NCBI GenBank assembly: GCA_947085505.1
Contig: CAMTWI010000003.1
Location: forward strand, 7,319 to 71,318
Direction of reading: 5' to 3'
From: an uncultured bacterium
GTDB lineage: Bacteria; Patescibacteriota; Minisyncoccia; Phycocordibacterales; Phycocordibacteraceae
DNA length: 64,000 nucleotides
A program made the position numbers and the translations under genes. Under the pieces are notes generated by a model. The model did no database searches and was not told where the DNA came from. It saw only the letters and a program-made list of their open reading frames with translations. Shown piece after piece: positions 39,069 through 49,364 of the stretch (the stretch's first letter is position 1; the number at the start of each line of letters is the position of its first letter).

Positions 39069-40094
39069 CTAGGAACCGAATGGATTCTTCGCGCCACGAA
39101 CCTCGAAGTGGAGGTGGTAGCCAGTAGACTGTCCGGTGTTTCCAACCGTACCAATGTTTTGGCCACGGGAGACTGTCTCACCAACCGATACAGCATTTGT
39201 GCTCATGTGCGAGTAAAGGGTCTGTACGCCGTTTCCGTGATCAATAACCACGTAGTTGCCGTATCCGCCGTTCCATCCACCAACACGCGAGACAATGACA
39301 GTACCGCCAGCAGCAGCATTAACCGCGGAGCCCTGCGGCGCTGCAAGGTCAACACCGTTCCAGCCGTGGATACCCTGGGACACGCGACCGGACGGGGCAG
39401 GGTTTGCAAAGCCGCCCGATATCGCGCCTGAGTTGTTTCCGGTACCGAGCACGGAACCAAGACTGCCTCCGGTCTTAATGTTTGACGTGGCCTTTGCAAC
39501 TGACTTCTTTGCAGGAGCCTTAACTTCAGCAATCTCGCCACCAGGGATGATAACGGTGTCGCCGGCAGTAAGGGAGCCCGCACGAGAAAGGCCATTATAG
39601 GAAGCAATCTCGTCAGCGTCAGAGTTGTAGCGCTTTGCGAGGGTCGCGAGAGTGTCGCCCGACACTACTTGGTGACGGATACCGGACACCGGAAGGATAA
39701 CAAGGGTCATGCCTGGGCGTACGGCACCCTTATTGGAGAGGTTATTTGCCCAAAGGATCGTATTCATCGATACGTCGAACATGTCTGCGATCTCCGAGAG
39801 GGAGTCTCCCTCACGAACGGTATACGTAGAGATGCGACCAGAGGAGGTGGTGCGGTCAATGTCTGCAATAGTACCGTCTGGGCCCGTGTAGGCGATAAGC
39901 GCCGACCCGCCAGTTGTTGCGATGCCACCACGGCCCTTGGCAGGATTTGGGTCAGGGTTAACGGCTGCCTGAAGCAGATCAAGGCTGCTGTCATGGACCA
40001 TGGGTACGGTCGAAGTACCGTCCGATGCTCTCGTAACAGAAAAAGGCCAAAACGCGCCGGCGGCACGTGGCGTGAACATGATTCCTATCCCCAA
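39069..40094 (-). CDS. LysM-LysM-M23 peptidoglycan endopeptidase (true start may lie upstream)
   Basis: YTVREGDSL, VVSGDTL LysM; HGWNGVD, YSH, HLHFEV. Confidence 0.92.
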   Translation of the reverse strand: MGIGIMFTPRAAGAFWPFSVTRASDGTSTVPMVHDSSLDLLQAAVNPDPNPAKGRGGIATTGGSALIAYTGPDGTIADIDRTTSSGRISTYTVREGDSLSEIADMFDVSMNTILWANNLSNKGAVRPGMTLVILPVSGIRHQVVSGDTLATLAKRYNSDADEIASYNGLSRAGSLTAGDTVIIPGGEIAEVKAPAKKSVAKATSNIKTGGSLGSVLGTGNNSGAISGGFANPAPSGRVSQGIHGWNGVDLAAPQGSAVNAAAGGTVIVSRVGGWNGGYGNYVVIDHGNGVQTLYSHMSTNAVSVGETVSRGQNIGTVGNTGQSTGYHLHFEVRGAKNPFGS

Positions 40095-40363
40095 AAGGAG
40101 GCTTACGGCGATTAGAGCGCCAGGAATCCAGTATGTGTTAAGGTCTGCAGCCTGTGCTGTGGGACCGAAAGGTTTGTTGGGTTCAATTATAGGGGAAACA
40201 GGGGATTTTCAGCGTTTCTTCAGAATACAAAAATGGCTTAGGTAGGCCATCTCTTGCGTATCAGACAATCGTTCGATGAAGGTAGTATAAACGCTCCTGA
40301 GGTGGGGTCAACCCACTAAAAAAGAGGGTGTTGAAAGCCGATTTCGGGTATAGTTGAGGGAGC

Positions 40364-42271
40364 ATGCAGCACCTCGAAGGCTTAAACGACGCGCAACGGG
40401 AAGCCGTCCTAGCCACCGAGGGTCCGGTCTCGGTCTTGGCCGGTGCCGGATCAGGCAAAACCCGGGTTCTGACCACCCGTATCTATCATCTTATAAAGGA
40501 AGGGGTCCCTGCCGAACGCATCCTCGCTGTTACCTTCACCAACAAGGCCGCCCGCGAGATGCGCGAACGCCTCGCACACCGCCTCGGAGACAGCCCGCTC
40601 CCGTTTGTGGCTACGTTCCATGGTCTTGGGCGAGACATTCTCCAGCGATACGGCAATCGCATCGGCATCTCGCGCTATTTCACGATATTTGACCGGGATG
40701 ACTCGAAGTCCGCCATACGAAAGGTCCTGAAGGACATGGATATCGATCCGAAGGAGATGAATCCAAACTTCGTCCTGTCTCGTATCTCAAAAGAGAAGGG
40801 GGAGGGCTCAACGCCTGAAGCATTCCGAGAGAAATACGCACAGAAGAGCTTCCAATCTCGTGTTATCGCTGAAGTGTGGCCCAAGTACGAGTCGATACTC
40901 AAGAAAGAGAAGGCGCTCGACTTCGATGATCTTATTTGTTTACCCGTGCGTCTTCTTCGCGAGCATGAAGACATCCGCAAAGAAGCGGAGCAACTCTATA
41001 GCCATGTGCATGTGGACGAGTTTCAGGACACGAACGAACTGCAAGGGAAGCTCGCAGGATATCTTTCGGCCGTCCACAACAACTTATTTGTTGTGGGGGA
41101 TATCGATCAGACCATTTACACGTGGCGTGGCGCTACTATCGAAAACCTCCTCAAGTTCGAAGAGCAGTATGCAAACGCAAAGACCATCGTGCTTGCGCAT
41201 AACTATCGCTCAACAAAAACAATCGTTGCTGCAGGAAACCAAATAATTGAGAAGAATCAGAACCGTAAGGACAAGCATGCCGTAACGGATAACCCGGACG
41301 GGGAACCGATACGCCTGCATATCGCACGTAACGCGGAGAGTGAGGCTCGGTGGGTAGCGCGCGAGGCGAAGAAAACAATACGTGAAGGTGTTCCTCCTGA
41401 AGAAATCGCTGTCCTGTTTCGTACAAACTTCCAATCCCGTGCTCTTGAAGAAGCATTTCTGTCGGAAGGTCTCCCATACAAGGTCTTGGGTACACGCTTC
41501 CTCGATCGCAAGGAAGTCAAAGACGTGCTCGCATGGGTCAGGCTCGCGCTTGATCCTGAACGAGAAGTTGATCGCGTTCGTGCCGTGCAGGCACCTACCC
41601 GCGGCATAGGGAAGGTAACCCTCGGCAAGCTTATCGACGGGAAGCGTGACACCTTGAAGCCCGCAGAAGTTAAGAAAGTAGCCGCGTTCGAGAGTATTGT
41701 TATGGAATTGAACGAGCTTTCAAAGATTGCGGTGCCGAGCGAGTTCGTAAAGCTCGTGATTGAACGCTCCGGACTTGCGGAGACACTCCGGAAGGGCGGG
41801 GAAGAGGATGCAGAACGTCTTGAGAACGCGAAAGAACTCGCTACCTTAGCCAGCAGGTTTGACGGCATCCCAGGAGAAGAGGGGATTGCATCGTTTCTGG
41901 CTGAGTCTGCGTTAGCGGGAGATCAGGACGAGCTCGACGCGCCGGGGACAACCGGCATCACCCTCATGACGGTTCATGCCGCGAAGGGTCTTGAGTTCGA
42001 TACGGTTTTTGTAACCGGCATGGAACAAGGGCTCTTCCCGCATGAGGCCCGCGAAGGAGAGCAGCGAGATGAGGAAGAGGAGCGCCGGCTATTCTATGTA
42101 GCGGTTACGCGCGCAAAGCGAAAGCTTAACTTAACGCTCGCGACTGTTCGCCGTATCTACGGCACCGATTTCGCGTCGGAACCTTCGATGTTTATCCGCG
42201 ACATCGACGAAGGACTTATCACCTTCTCAGAAGGGGACGAACTCTACGGAGAGCGTACGATATACATCTAG
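40364..42271 (+). CDS. pcrA: UvrD/PcrA helicase
   Basis: AGAGSGKT, FTNKAA, VDEFQD, NYRS, EERRLFYVAVTRA. Confidence 0.94.
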   Translation: MQHLEGLNDAQREAVLATEGPVSVLAGAGSGKTRVLTTRIYHLIKEGVPAERILAVTFTNKAAREMRERLAHRLGDSPLPFVATFHGLGRDILQRYGNRIGISRYFTIFDRDDSKSAIRKVLKDMDIDPKEMNPNFVLSRISKEKGEGSTPEAFREKYAQKSFQSRVIAEVWPKYESILKKEKALDFDDLICLPVRLLREHEDIRKEAEQLYSHVHVDEFQDTNELQGKLAGYLSAVHNNLFVVGDIDQTIYTWRGATIENLLKFEEQYANAKTIVLAHNYRSTKTIVAAGNQIIEKNQNRKDKHAVTDNPDGEPIRLHIARNAESEARWVAREAKKTIREGVPPEEIAVLFRTNFQSRALEEAFLSEGLPYKVLGTRFLDRKEVKDVLAWVRLALDPEREVDRVRAVQAPTRGIGKVTLGKLIDGKRDTLKPAEVKKVAAFESIVMELNELSKIAVPSEFVKLVIERSGLAETLRKGGEEDAERLENAKELATLASRFDGIPGEEGIASFLAESALAGDQDELDAPGTTGITLMTVHAAKGLEFDTVFVTGMEQGLFPHEAREGEQRDEEEERRLFYVAVTRAKRKLNLTLATVRRIYGTDFASEPSMFIRDIDEGLITFSEGDELYGERTIYI

Positions 42272-42272
42272 T

Positions 42273-43055
42273 ATGCTCGCCAAGAAATCCCTCGGACAGA
42301 ACTTCCTCATGCATCGGCAGACAGCCGAACGTATCGTTGGTGCCGCACTCCTTCCGGAGGCAGCAAAGGTACTAGAAATTGGTCCCGGGACTGGGATGCT
42401 GACACGCGAGCTACTCAATGCCGGCATGCGTGTTATTGCCATTGAGGCCGACTATTCACTCATCCCAGAGCTCGAATCGACATTCGCGAACGAAGTAGAG
42501 GAGGGAACACTCACGCTTGAGAGCGCGGACATACGAAATTTTGATACCACCACCATCAAAGGTGCATACCATTTGGTTGCGAACATTCCGTACTACATAA
42601 CCGGCGAGATCATCCGGCAGTTCCTCACCGCTCCGAATCAGCCCGCATCTATGACGCTTCTCGTTCAAAAAGAGGTGGCGGTCCGTATCGCCCGCGAGAA
42701 GAAAGAAAGCCTTTTATCGCTGTCCGTAAAGGTATATGGACAGCCAAACTATTGCTTTACTGTGCCTCGTGGCGCCTTCAAGCCAGCGCCGAACGTTGAT
42801 TCGGCCGTCCTGCGCATTGGAAATATTAGTCGCACTGGATTTGCTGATGCTGCCGGGGAAGAGCGGTTCTTCGAGGTTATCCGCGCCGGATTCGCACACA
42901 AGCGAAAGCGTCTTGCGAAGAATCTCGAAGAGAAGTTCTCAAAGGAGATGGTTACGCACGCATTTAGTGTCGCCGCACTCGACGCAAATGTGCGCGCAGA
43001 AGACATCTCGCTTGAGACCTGGAAAGTGCTTACGAGAGAGCTGAAGTCTTCATAA
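42273..43055 (+). CDS. rsmA: 16S rRNA dimethyltransferase
   Basis: KKSLGQNFL, LEIGPG, ANIPYYIT. Confidence 0.95.
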   Translation: MLAKKSLGQNFLMHRQTAERIVGAALLPEAAKVLEIGPGTGMLTRELLNAGMRVIAIEADYSLIPELESTFANEVEEGTLTLESADIRNFDTTTIKGAYHLVANIPYYITGEIIRQFLTAPNQPASMTLLVQKEVAVRIAREKKESLLSLSVKVYGQPNYCFTVPRGAFKPAPNVDSAVLRIGNISRTGFADAAGEERFFEVIRAGFAHKRKRLAKNLEEKFSKEMVTHAFSVAALDANVRAEDISLETWKVLTRELKSS

Positions 43056-43138
43056 AACCTCGTGTACTAATGCACACATACCTCTATAGGTAGATGAAGG
43101 GGAGATGAGCCTGCGTGCTATTATTTTGGTACTGAATT

Positions 43139-44143
43139 ATGGCTCATTCTACCCGTACACTCCGCATCGCTGCCGCTTCGTTACTAGCCGTTCTCATGGT
43201 GGGAGGTACCTATCTCTCGACCGGACCAAACCCCTTCTTCGGCCTAACACGCATCGTTGGTGCGCAGTCTTCTGAAGAACTCCTGCGCGAATATGCTGCA
43301 AAGGATAGCGACAGTGACGGGCTACCTGATTGGCAGGAAGCGCTGTACGGGACTGATCCCTTTAACCCCGAGTCGTTTAGGGTAGGTATTCTTGATGGGG
43401 AAGCGGTTGCACAGGGACTTATTGAGCCGAGAGTTACCGTGCGCGCCGAAAAAGAACCCACCGACCCAAACTCTATCCCCGGCACTGCAGGTGCTCCATC
43501 CTCTCTCACCGACCGTTTCGCTCAAACACTCCTCAAACAGTATCTTTTGAATCGTACCGGCACCCCTCCGAGCCAGGAGGAGATTGTTGCATTTGTGCAG
43601 AAAGGGGTTGCGGAGCTTTCTGCAAGTGCTGTCGAGAGAGACCGTTACACGCTTAGTGATGTTCGTGTTTCGGGAGACTCGGGAAGCGCAGCTCTTATTG
43701 CATACGCAGCGGAGGCGGAGGCGGCTATTGCAGCAAACACCGTTTCGAGCTCCATAAGTGCGCGCAACGAGCTTTCCTACTTCCAGGATGCAATACGAGG
43801 AGACGATGCTGCGCTAGCGAAGGTTTCTGCCTACAGCAAGGCCTACGCGGCAATGGGTGACGCCCTTATTCGCCTCCCGGTGCCACAAGAAGTACGTCAG
43901 TCGCATCTCACCATCGTTAACGCAACCATGCACCTAAGTAGCATGACCGCTGATATGGCAACACTTAAAGAAGATCCACTTCGAGCACTCATGGGCATCG
44001 GTCTGTATGGGAAACATGCAACGAGTATGAAGTCTGGATTTGCGAACCTAAACGGCGTGTTTAGGGCGAGACAGGTTTCCTTAACTAAAGGACAGCCTGG
44101 ATACGAGATCTTTAACACAAGCGAGTTAGCTGCTGCCCAGTAA
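43139..44143 (+). CDS. Membrane-anchored protein with Ca-binding DxDxDG repeat
   Basis: DSDSDGLPDWQE..YGTDP thrombospondin type 3-like motif. Confidence 0.7.
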   Translation: MAHSTRTLRIAAASLLAVLMVGGTYLSTGPNPFFGLTRIVGAQSSEELLREYAAKDSDSDGLPDWQEALYGTDPFNPESFRVGILDGEAVAQGLIEPRVTVRAEKEPTDPNSIPGTAGAPSSLTDRFAQTLLKQYLLNRTGTPPSQEEIVAFVQKGVAELSASAVERDRYTLSDVRVSGDSGSAALIAYAAEAEAAIAANTVSSSISARNELSYFQDAIRGDDAALAKVSAYSKAYAAMGDALIRLPVPQEVRQSHLTIVNATMHLSSMTADMATLKEDPLRALMGIGLYGKHATSMKSGFANLNGVFRARQVSLTKGQPGYEIFNTSELAAAQ

Positions 44144-44144
44144 C

Positions 44145-45599
44145 ATGACAACCTTCCGAAATAAAGCTCCCCTGGCAACCCTGCTTCTCGGAAGCCTGCT
44201 TCTGGTTTCGTGTGTCGTCGCAGCTCCGCAGACGGCACGCGCCGCTGACTACGATAGTCCTCTCCAGGTATTTAACTCGCTCGTAACGTCGCTTAGTACC
44301 GCAGCAGATAGAACGCTCAACTACATACTAAACGGACTTGCATGGGATTTGGCAAACCTTGCCATTGAATCCATGACCAAGAGTACGGTTAACTGGATTA
44401 ATTCTGGATTCCAGGGGTCTCCAGCATTCGTTACGGATCTCAGACAGAATATGCGTGGTGTTGCTGACACGATTGCGGGCCGCTTCTTTGACGAACTTAG
44501 TGAGACAAATTTTGGAAGGTCTCCATTCCAGGATCGCGTACTTGACGCAGTCCGTCTTGGGTATTATCTGCGCACAAGTCCAGAATCGTTTTATGTCCGC
44601 TATCCATATACGTTAAACCAGGTTAGTGCAGACGACCGTGCCTTCCTTCGTGGGGATTTCAGCCAGGGAGGTTTCAATGCATGGTTTGCAACCGTGATGT
44701 ACCCAGAGAACAATCCGTACGGAATGAACATCCTTCTGAACGAACAGCTTGAAAACAGGATTGGAAGCGGTCTTTCCATCCGTAGCCAGGAACTCGACTG
44801 GAGCAGGGGCTTTCTGTCGTGGAGGGGGGACTGCATTGCCACCGCACCGAATTCTGGAGCAAACAACACCCCAGTTAATCTCACGAATGAAGAACCGTGT
44901 ATAGATTACGAAGTCCTCACGCCAGGATCTGTCATACAAGAGGGACTTAACAAAGCACTCGGCGCTGGCCAAGATCGTCTTGTTGTTGCAGATGACTTCA
45001 ATGAGATCATCAGCGCGCTTTTGAATCAGCTTGTGGGCCAGGTGCTCGGAGGGAACAGTTCGGGCGGACTTCGAGGAGTATCTCGTCCAGCAACCGGAGG
45101 AGGATCCTCGTTCCTTGATCGATCCACTGATCCAACACTCAACCCTGGAAACAGCGCGAACACTGGTACCGCGTTCGCTGCAACCATTGCAGAACAGCGT
45201 TCGATTCTTGAGAGACACCAGGCTAGCTGGGAGAGGATTAGGGGTGCAGCACAAGCGGCACTCTCACGCTGCGGACCTGGTGGAGAACCGAACCCGGAGG
45301 TCGTTGTCACCCGTGCACAAGACGCACTTGTTAAGGCAGCGAACGGCATCGCAGCGTACCGCGATCTTGAGGAGCGCATCGCTGCCACTATAGCTGCTGG
45401 TGGGAACCAGACCGCTGCCATAACGCAGATTGTGAACGACTTCACAGCGCTTGGTCGCTCTGCAATGGTTCCAACAAGCGAAGAGATAGCGGAGGCGCAG
45501 ATTCAGGCGCAGGATACAGGGGACATTCGACCGGGATCGCTCTATAGCCAGATGAGTCGCCAGGCTGCAGGCAGTTGCCTTGCCGGCTCGTCTGAATAA
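44145..45599 (+). CDS. Secreted hypothetical protein of the T4SS-like cluster
   Basis: Signal peptide; STVNWINSGFQGSPAFV, TPGSVI motifs. Confidence 0.7.
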   Translation: MTTFRNKAPLATLLLGSLLLVSCVVAAPQTARAADYDSPLQVFNSLVTSLSTAADRTLNYILNGLAWDLANLAIESMTKSTVNWINSGFQGSPAFVTDLRQNMRGVADTIAGRFFDELSETNFGRSPFQDRVLDAVRLGYYLRTSPESFYVRYPYTLNQVSADDRAFLRGDFSQGGFNAWFATVMYPENNPYGMNILLNEQLENRIGSGLSIRSQELDWSRGFLSWRGDCIATAPNSGANNTPVNLTNEEPCIDYEVLTPGSVIQEGLNKALGAGQDRLVVADDFNEIISALLNQLVGQVLGGNSSGGLRGVSRPATGGGSSFLDRSTDPTLNPGNSANTGTAFAATIAEQRSILERHQASWERIRGAAQAALSRCGPGGEPNPEVVVTRAQDALVKAANGIAAYRDLEERIAATIAAGGNQTAAITQIVNDFTALGRSAMVPTSEEIAEAQIQAQDTGDIRPGSLYSQMSRQAAGSCLAGSSE

Positions 45600-45603
45600 T
45601 TAT

Positions 45604-48093
45604 ATGCGAAAGCTCTTCAGAGCATCGCTGTTGATCACCGTACTTTCGGTGTTGCTCTTTATTACTAGCTATTCACCTACCCAGGCCCAAACAACTCTTG
45701 AACAATGTGGCTCCGCAAGCCCACCGGCGGATTGTATTTCGTATGATCCAACAATTAATCCTGTCTTGGTTAGAGAGGGGGCGAGGTATTACCAAGACTG
45801 GGGAACAAGGAGCCCTTACCAAAGCGAAAACGATGGTCTCTGCAAAGTATATGTTTCGGGTCCTGTCTTTTTTGCAGGCTGTGTAAAAGATGGACGTTTT
45901 TCCATTCAAGCTGACTATGTTATAGGGGCCCCCACTGGGGGAGAGCCCGTAACGGGTGTGCAAGTTGATCAGTCTGGGGAAGTTACCTCGCAACCAATCG
46001 AAACCTGTGGGCCAATGAACATCGGTTGTTGGCTAATTAAACTACCCGGCATGCTCTTCACGGGCATTGCATTTGTTTTCTTGCTTCTCTCAGGAATGAT
46101 CCTCGGACTCGCGGGCACAGTGTTCAACTGGGTGGTCATACGTACGGTCTTCCAGTTCGGCACGTATTTCGGCACGAACGAAGGCATGCTTATTGCGTGG
46201 GGCGTGATGCGTGACATTGCAAACATAGGCCTCCTGTTTGGTTTCATATTTATGGGAGTGCTTCTTATACTCAACGTCGATAGTGGGGGACACGGGCACG
46301 GCGGGGGTGTGAGTGCGAAGAAAGCTATACCACGCCTCATCATCTTTGCGGTGCTTTTAAACTTTAGTCTCTTTGCTTCACAGGCGGTTATCGACGTCGC
46401 AAACGCATTTAGCTCAAGCTTTGCAACGCTTGCTGGAGAAAATTGTACTGGCAACACCTCGACAGGGAGCAGTGCCACTGACAGAGCCGCCGGCATGGAC
46501 AATGAGCAATGCTCTAATGTGGGCATATCTGGGCAGATACTAAAAGTGGCTGGTCTCACGTCAATTTGGGATTCAGAAAACAGAGATGTTCAAACTGCAA
46601 TGAAGAATCTTGTCGATCGGCCCTATAGCTATGCGGTGTCCTTGATGCTGCTTTCCATTTTTGTACTCATCACAGCCATGGTGTTACTTGCGGGTTCCAT
46701 CATGCTCATTATCCGTGTGGTTATTTTGTCGCTTCTTATGGTTACGTCGCCCATAGGCTTTGCCGGCATGGCCATACCGAAGCTGCAGGGCATTGCCAGT
46801 ATGTGGTGGAGCAAGCTGATGTCGCAGGCGTTCTTCGCTCCCGTATATCTTCTTCTTATATTTATCAGTATCAAATTAACTGAGGGCCTCATGGAGGGAG
46901 AGGCGACCCTCGCCAATGCACTCATTGCGAATCAAGGAAACTCGGTGGCAGGGAACATGCAGGTGGTTATGGTGTTCATGGTTGTTATCGGATTCATGAT
47001 TGGTTCCTTGCTCGTGGCATCAAAGATGGGGGCGATGGGGGCGAAGTTTGCGACATCGGCAGTCGCAGGAACAACCATTGGTTTTGCTGGTTTTGCCGGT
47101 CGAAGGACGCTCGGAGCAGCATCAGGGAATGTTGCTAAAAGAATTGCATCGTCGAACTACGCTCGTAGCAATGGGTTTGGAAGTAGGTTCGCCTATAACA
47201 TAGCCAACAAGGGTGCTACGGCGAGCTACAGCGCTCGTACTGGTATAAATAACATCACTAAGGGCGCTGGTCTCGACATTGGCAACGCAGGGAAGAATGT
47301 AAGCCATGGAATTCATGGTATTGAGGAGGCAGAGGTGAAAAAACGTAAGGACTTTGCTGAAAAAACCCTTGCGCAGACGCCTGCAGAACAGGCTGCGGAG
47401 AAGAGACTTAAGGATGAGAAGGATCGAATAAAGCTCTATAAAGAGGCGGCCAAGGAAGAGCTCGATCGTGGAAATGAGCCTGAAGAAAGTGCACTCAAGG
47501 CACAGAAGGAGAAGCACACTGAAGCGGCAGCAGCACGTCTAAAAGACCTTAACACCAAAAAGCAGGCTGTAGCAAAGCTTGAGGCTGACGGAGTTTGGGG
47601 TAATGAGCTCGATGAGCAAAAGAAGGCACTTGCTGCCCTAGAGGAGGAGCATGAACAAGCATCTGAGATTGAGGCAGCCGATATTGCGTCTCGTCAAAAG
47701 CGAATATCTGATCGTGGCGCTCGCTTCGATAAGATTCTAAAGGATTACGACAACCGATCGAAAGAAATCGACAGAACTATCAGTGGCTACGAGTCTATCG
47801 ATAGCAGTGGGGGCATTATGTGGAACAAGGGCCTTTCTAAAGAGTCAGCACAACGTGAGTATGGGGAAGCGCTTGGCAAAGACCATGGCATGCCTCTTAC
47901 ACTGGGACACCATATAAACCAAGAGGCTTCCGCAGACATCCTTAAGAAGCTTAAGCGCAGCAAGCGCGACAAGTTGGTTGATGCAATTAAGGAGAATGCC
48001 AAGGAGGACAAAGAGGAGGACGGCGGCGGCAAGAAGGAAGAGAAGTCCAGTGGAGGCGAAAAGAAAAGTGGAGGAGATGGGGGCCATCACTAG
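45604..48093 (+). CDS. VirB6/TrbL-like polytopic membrane protein
   Basis: WGVMRDIAN, LLNFS, RVVIL..SPIGF..WW..FFAP; Gly/Ala-rich then charged tail. Confidence 0.7.
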   Translation: MRKLFRASLLITVLSVLLFITSYSPTQAQTTLEQCGSASPPADCISYDPTINPVLVREGARYYQDWGTRSPYQSENDGLCKVYVSGPVFFAGCVKDGRFSIQADYVIGAPTGGEPVTGVQVDQSGEVTSQPIETCGPMNIGCWLIKLPGMLFTGIAFVFLLLSGMILGLAGTVFNWVVIRTVFQFGTYFGTNEGMLIAWGVMRDIANIGLLFGFIFMGVLLILNVDSGGHGHGGGVSAKKAIPRLIIFAVLLNFSLFASQAVIDVANAFSSSFATLAGENCTGNTSTGSSATDRAAGMDNEQCSNVGISGQILKVAGLTSIWDSENRDVQTAMKNLVDRPYSYAVSLMLLSIFVLITAMVLLAGSIMLIIRVVILSLLMVTSPIGFAGMAIPKLQGIASMWWSKLMSQAFFAPVYLLLIFISIKLTEGLMEGEATLANALIANQGNSVAGNMQVVMVFMVVIGFMIGSLLVASKMGAMGAKFATSAVAGTTIGFAGFAGRRTLGAASGNVAKRIASSNYARSNGFGSRFAYNIANKGATASYSARTGINNITKGAGLDIGNAGKNVSHGIHGIEEAEVKKRKDFAEKTLAQTPAEQAAEKRLKDEKDRIKLYKEAAKEELDRGNEPEESALKAQKEKHTEAAAARLKDLNTKKQAVAKLEADGVWGNELDEQKKALAALEEEHEQASEIEAADIASRQKRISDRGARFDKILKDYDNRSKEIDRTISGYESIDSSGGIMWNKGLSKESAQREYGEALGKDHGMPLTLGHHINQEASADILKKLKRSKRDKLVDAIKENAKEDKEEDGGGKKEEKSSGGEKKSGGDGGHH

Positions 48094-48105
48094 TACAATA
48101 CTGAA

Positions 48106-48909
48106 ATGAATCCCGAAGAAGATCTTGATGACGTTGAAATAAACCAGGCAGTGGGTGCTGCTATGCGTGACTTACCAAGGCCCGTACAGGACTTCCTAAA
48201 GAGCGATGAGCGCGATGCTGTTGCTCGTGAATTGTCTGCAAAATATCAACTCCATGTTGACCAAGCAGGGGAGTTCGAACGATCCTTCATTCTAATGCTC
48301 TTGGGCGTGATGCGTCCCGAGGAATTCGTTACAACCCTGACTCAAGCTGGGCTCTCGCAAGACATTGTTAACGGGCTGGCCGCGGATTTGAACACCCGCG
48401 TATTCATGAAGCTACGTGATGCTGAACGCGAGCAGGTGGCTGCCGTACCCCCAGCACCACAAAAGCCAGCTCCGATTCCGCCACCCGCCCTTGATTACCA
48501 ACCCGCAGCCACACCAACACTCCCTGGTTCCCCTGTACCCGCGCCGATGCCGCCTCCCATAGCTACCCAGGCGCCAGTAGTACTCGAGCCAACGCCTGCA
48601 CCAAGCCCCGTTCCGCAGCAGCACTTTGTACACGCAATGCCTGATGCGCACGCTCAAGCCGGGTGGCACCCAGCTGCGGCAGTACATATATTTGTACCGA
48701 CTCAACCAAACCACCATCCGCAGCCTGCACCTATGCAGACCGTCCCTAGCATCGAGCCCGCTCCTGAAGTAGAGCCCGTAGCTGCGCGAATCGAGACCCC
48801 GCCAGCTACAGTGCGTGAGCCGGAGATACTACCTTCACAGCCGACCCTACCATCTACACCACTTAAAAAGGAATTCAGTTCTGATCCGTATCGCGAACCT
48901 ATCCAGTAG
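48106..48909 (+). CDS. Pro-rich hypothetical protein
   Basis: Helical N-domain, Pro-rich linker, C-terminal DPYREPI. Confidence 0.7.
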   Translation: MNPEEDLDDVEINQAVGAAMRDLPRPVQDFLKSDERDAVARELSAKYQLHVDQAGEFERSFILMLLGVMRPEEFVTTLTQAGLSQDIVNGLAADLNTRVFMKLRDAEREQVAAVPPAPQKPAPIPPPALDYQPAATPTLPGSPVPAPMPPPIATQAPVVLEPTPAPSPVPQQHFVHAMPDAHAQAGWHPAAAVHIFVPTQPNHHPQPAPMQTVPSIEPAPEVEPVAARIETPPATVREPEILPSQPTLPSTPLKKEFSSDPYREPIQ

Positions 48910-48954
48910 AAAATAGTGCGAGTGCTCATTCAGTATCGGGTATACTGGATAGCA

Positions 48955-49362
48955 ATGGAGTATCAGGTACCACAGTTCATTGAGGTTGAGGACAAGATAT
49001 TCGGTCCGTTCACACTCAAGCAGTTTATTTATGTTGCAGGGGGCGTGGGTCTCTGCGCAATCGTACTCCTCTATCTTCCGCTCTGGCTCGGTATTATCAT
49101 CGCTCTTCCCGTTGGCGCACTCACCGCAGCGCTCGCATTCTATAAGATAAACAACAAGCCGTTTGTTGAAATCATGGAGGCAGCCTTCAACTATTACATC
49201 GGAGATCGTCTCTATCTTTGGAAGAAGGACAGGAACGCGGTAGTAGATGCACCAGTGGCAGTAAAGCCTGCAGACCCCGCAAAGCTTGGTCTAACACAGA
49301 GCAGACTCAAAGATCTTGCATGGTCGCTTGATATCAAGGACAACCAGAATAACGGCGCATAG
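48955..49362 (+). CDS. PrgI family protein (VirB3-like)
   Basis: YQVPQFIEVEDKIFGPFTLKQF plus two TMs. Confidence 0.85.
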   Translation: MEYQVPQFIEVEDKIFGPFTLKQFIYVAGGVGLCAIVLLYLPLWLGIIIALPVGALTAALAFYKINNKPFVEIMEAAFNYYIGDRLYLWKKDRNAVVDAPVAVKPADPAKLGLTQSRLKDLAWSLDIKDNQNNGA

Positions 49363-49364
49363 AT

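Noticed and set aside
40195-40220. c-di-AMP (ydaO) riboswitch upstream of the M23 gene (GCTGAAAATCC)
   Set aside because: Downstream conserved riboswitch elements are absent
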